A DNA stretch of 64,000 nt. Source: Deltaproteobacteria bacterium TL4. GTDB taxonomy: Bacteria; SAR324; NAC60-12. The position numbers and the translations under genes were made by a program. Location of the stretch: contig JBBCAX010000033.1 of NCBI GenBank assembly GCA_051382335.1, forward strand, positions 62,891-126,890, given 5' to 3'. The notes under the pieces are model-generated. The model ran no database searches. It was not told where the DNA came from and worked only from the letters and a program-made list of their open reading frames with translations. Of the stretch, positions 60,732 through 64,000 are shown piece after piece; position 1 is the stretch's first letter; each line of letters opens with the position of its first letter.

Positions 60732-63700
60732 TTTAAAATTCGCAGTATTAGTGACCCTCCATTCCCTTTGAATTCAATCTTTTGATCCTCACACACAAAT
60801 TTAGTTCCAAACTGTGCGGGATACTTGACATACGAACCGGTATGCGTCCCCTCCTTGGGACAATCCTCGGTCTTCAGAACTTTGAAATCCAGACAAGCGA
60901 TATTTGACGCATTTTGTTCATCATAGACGGTTAAAGATATTTTTATTGTTAAGTCATTATGCTTTTCAGAAATTTCAGGAGTTTGAAAAGAGGCATTTTG
61001 AGAAGTAGGGTTCTGGACTGTCACCAGCGCGAAGCCATTGATCTCCCACACATAATCTTTAATCAGACTATTGTCACTATACGAACTGGACCCATCTAAC
61101 ATCACCAAACTGTCTTCATTCACCTGCACTAAATTGGTTTGTTCAACACAATTGATGTCCGTTCCATACTCATGGGGCTGATCTTTCGACCCTATAATGG
61201 CTTTAGGCGGTGTATGATCCTCCTCATTATCTTCATTTATAATTCCACTCTCACCGTTTAAAATTTCACTCTTATTGTTGTAGTATTTAGAATCCTCTGA
61301 AGTAGAACTTGCCGTAACCAGAACTCTAACATTGGGATCAAATTCATCATCTTCCAAACCGGTTACGACTTGTTTCTGAGTAGCATTCCAGTTATCAGGA
61401 CTGAAAACCATAGCATATTCCAATAATTCGATCTCATCTTGAGTCTTTTTATCAACTTTAAACTCAATTTTAACATCACCGGCGGGACGACTTAATAATT
61501 TCACATCAAGAACCAATTCCCCATCACTTTGATCTTCAGTTACAATCCAATCCTTATAATCAGGAATCTTCTGCAAATCCTTGTATTTTTTGGGAACAAC
61601 TGGTTTCTTTTCTGTTTCCACCTTGTTTTTTTCCATATAAAACCCATGTTTATCATAGCCATAATCTTCATAATTGAATCCCTTCAAATTAACAGGGTTT
61701 TCCGGTACATCTCTTGTGCTAAACAAACCCTTTCCTTCATCAATCCATACATTGCTGATTTTTCCACCTTCCAGACTGAGGTTTGTCTGATCCGACGCAC
61801 TGTTTTTGATTATCAAAGTAACGGCTGTCTCATTATCCGTCGAATTTACTTCCACATTTTTCAAGGTTAACGTCGCTTTACCACTGAAGTTATAGGAGGG
61901 ATCTGGTGCCATTAATAACTTTGCTGTAGCTGAAGTTGTTTCAGCATCTCCCCCCAGAATCTTTCCAGCCGTCATCTCAATACCAGCCTCAAGCCTCAAG
62001 GTTGCGTTCTTGAAAACTATTTCATCATTATTTTTAGCCATCACCAGGGATTGATTAATACTTAGGAGGGTACCGTCTTTTAGTGTGAGTGTGTGCTCTT
62101 TCAAATTTAAATGACCGATCCTTAATTCTGTACTGCTTATGGACACAGTTCCACGCAACTCTACTATTGAGGCCTGATCGGCTGTCAAATTTTCAATCGT
62201 AAGCGAGGCGCCAAAACCAACATCATTTCCTAAATAAAGCGTGCTTTCTGCTGCCAAAGTAATCGCGCCTCCCGTCAAATCCGCTTTTTTACCCAGAGCC
62301 AGTTTCCCCTCTTCTGAAACTGAAATCGCTCCGCCGGTCATAGTCAAATTTGTGACAAAATCTAAAACACCGCTATTAACCTCAATGGAATCAGTCGATT
62401 GAAGTGCAACAGATCCTGTTAAAATCAGGTTTGATTGTGTCTCAGTACTTTTTAAAGTGAGTTTCTTTCCATTTAATAATAAATTTCTAAAGTCCAATGG
62501 CTGAGCAATTGTCATGGTCACATCCTTACAATCAGCCTCAGAACTTTGTGGATACCTGCAAATATTGAGATCGGTGGAATAATTGGTTTTAATAGAAACC
62601 ACACTTGCTACAGTAAAATCACCTCCAAGCCGCACTTCTGTATTTTGCAGATTCAAATTACCCGCAGTTAAATTCCCCCCTCCGTTAAACGCAAGAACAC
62701 CACCAGTACTTTGAATCACAGTACTGTCAGAATCCATGATGAATTCTTTTGCAAAAGTCAGATCGGCTCCATTGGTGTAAATCCTGCCACTTTTTAAATT
62801 GATAACGGGTTCAGAGGCTCCAGCAATCACTAAATCCGTTTCTTTTGAGGCCAAGGTTAAAGTAAATGAATTCAGATTCAAAGTACCAATAGTTGTCCCT
62901 TCATTGAGTTCTAATAAAATGTTGCCGTTTAAGGTCAAATGAGTTCCTTCGTTAGTTATCAGTTTTCCTACTTGAAAAGGCTTTCCCAACTCCAGGTTAA
63001 TATCGTTAGCAATTAATTGAGTCTGTTGTTCTGTGTTTAGCAGCTTGATCTCGCCATTCGCTACCACGTTTTTCTCAGGATCTAACGTGCCTGCGCCCTT
63101 CAAAGTTAAGGTTGCGTTCTTAGGAACAGATAAAGTATCATTGATCATCAGAGTACAGTTTCCCTTGATGTCCAACACGGTGTTCCTTTCTATCTCAAAT
63201 TTATTCAATGTGAACTTTGTTGCCTCCACAGAGATAAGACCATTTTCCAAGTCCGCATCTGTGGTTACCACGACTTTATTTACTGTTCCACCATTGCCAT
63301 TCAATACTAACTTACTTTTCGGATTTTCCAGAAAAACGTTTCCCTTCAAAGTACCCCCTCCCAGAAGCTCCAAGCGCGCGTTGCTGATACCAATGTCATT
63401 TTCTACCGCCAATTCTGTAGCCTGATCGATATTCACTCTTGCCATATCTTCGAATACCAAAGTAGTGATCCGAGAATTGGCCTTAACGCCCATCTCCCCT
63501 ATCAACGCATTGTCGCTTTTTCCAAAAGCGATTCGAGTCACTTCTACGTTTTCAAGAAAAAGCTGACTATCGGAGGTTCCCAAGGACAGAAAAACATCAT
63601 TTTTGAAAACACTGGAGTCTCGTGTTGCGCCCCTTATTGTTAATTGACGGCCAATATCCAGAAAAGCGTTATTTGTCTCCTTATAGGTGAGCGTCACATT

Positions 63701-63880
63701 TTGACCAATGTCCATTATAGCACCCCCTGCGAATTCAAGAACATTACTCAGCGTCTGATTCACCTTCACCTTAAGGGTCCCCCCTCTAAAAATCAAACGT
63801 GGATTTAGGTAATCGGACTTGGAGGAATCCTCCGAATTAAAGGCTTGATCTATGGTTAAGGTTGTATTTGAAGCAGCGAT
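60719..63880 (-). CDS. Adhesin-like beta-solenoid/Ig-fold ORF, apparently 5'-truncated
   Basis: L/T/G/N-rich LxLNGxxLTL repeats; FSPDNWN cadherin/Calx-like domain; PKD-like VMLDGSSS..YVWE. Frame stays open upstream of TTG 63796 to 63880 with no signal peptide. Confidence 0.65.
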   Translation of the reverse strand: MAASNTTLTIDQAFNSEDSSKSDYLNPRLIFRGGTLKVKVNQTLSNVLEFAGGAIMDIGQNVTLTYKETNNAFLDIGRQLTIRGATRDSSVFKNDVFLSLGTSDSQLFLENVEVTRIAFGKSDNALIGEMGVKANSRITTLVFEDMARVNIDQATELAVENDIGISNARLELLGGGTLKGNVFLENPKSKLVLNGNGGTVNKVVVTTDADLENGLISVEATKFTLNKFEIERNTVLDIKGNCTLMINDTLSVPKNATLTLKGAGTLDPEKNVVANGEIKLLNTEQQTQLIANDINLELGKPFQVGKLITNEGTHLTLNGNILLELNEGTTIGTLNLNSFTLTLASKETDLVIAGASEPVINLKSGRIYTNGADLTFAKEFIMDSDSTVIQSTGGVLAFNGGGNLTAGNLNLQNTEVRLGGDFTVASVVSIKTNYSTDLNICRYPQSSEADCKDVTMTIAQPLDFRNLLLNGKKLTLKSTETQSNLILTGSVALQSTDSIEVNSGVLDFVTNLTMTGGAISVSEEGKLALGKKADLTGGAITLAAESTLYLGNDVGFGASLTIENLTADQASIVELRGTVSISSTELRIGHLNLKEHTLTLKDGTLLSINQSLVMAKNNDEIVFKNATLRLEAGIEMTAGKILGGDAETTSATAKLLMAPDPSYNFSGKATLTLKNVEVNSTDNETAVTLIIKNSASDQTNLSLEGGKISNVWIDEGKGLFSTRDVPENPVNLKGFNYEDYGYDKHGFYMEKNKVETEKKPVVPKKYKDLQKIPDYKDWIVTEDQSDGELVLDVKLLSRPAGDVKIEFKVDKKTQDEIELLEYAMVFSPDNWNATQKQVVTGLEDDEFDPNVRVLVTASSTSEDSKYYNNKSEILNGESGIINEDNEEDHTPPKAIIGSKDQPHEYGTDINCVEQTNLVQVNEDSLVMLDGSSSYSDNSLIKDYVWEINGFALVTVQNPTSQNASFQTPEISEKHNDLTIKISLTVYDEQNASNIACLDFKVLKTEDCPKEGTHTGSYVKYPAQFGTKFVCEDQKIEFKGNGGSLILRILKWIV

Positions 63881-64000
63881 TCAGAGTCTAAATTTAAATT
63901 TTTAAAAAGTTTATGATTTTAATGAGTTAGAAAAATAGGTAAAAAATATTTTTCTGGTTGTTTTTGAACTCCTGTGGGAATAAAATTGTAGAATGCAATC

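Overview
Bacterial genomic DNA from a diderm organism (the gene style suggests a deltaproteobacterium or SAR324-like lineage; this is inference only). 1-18 kb is mixed housekeeping and accessory DNA: an NHL-repeat protein, an O-antigen ligase-like protein, recQ, an AlkD-like glycosylase, a patch of mobile-element scars (REP-like hairpins, an IS21-type end, a tRNA 3' fragment), a PQQ/cytochrome c dehydrogenase, a RelBE-type TA pair, copA, a FadL-like channel and a cNMP/PAS/REC-LuxR signalling trio. 18-24 kb encodes one ~1925-aa protein joining an Lhr-like SF2 helicase, a Cas4/Dna2-like nuclease and an SF1 helicase. 24.5-31.6 kb is a four-gene envelope/secreted operon with a PLC/P1-nuclease-fold enzyme and a PpiC foldase. 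An MCP, a decayed transposase, nnr and several hypothetical genes follow. The main signal is a ~20 kb co-oriented minus-strand cluster (43.8-63.9 kb). It encodes MotA, a MotB carrying two Calx-beta domains, and a signal-peptide/periplasmic/TM protein with FliG-like cytoplasmic domains (an apparent FliF-FliG-like fusion), flanked by lipoproteins, outer-membrane barrels and a giant adhesin-like gene. No other flagellar genes lie in the window, so this is a candidate non-flagellar ion-driven rotary machine. All domain calls come from motif recognition by eye; no searches were run.
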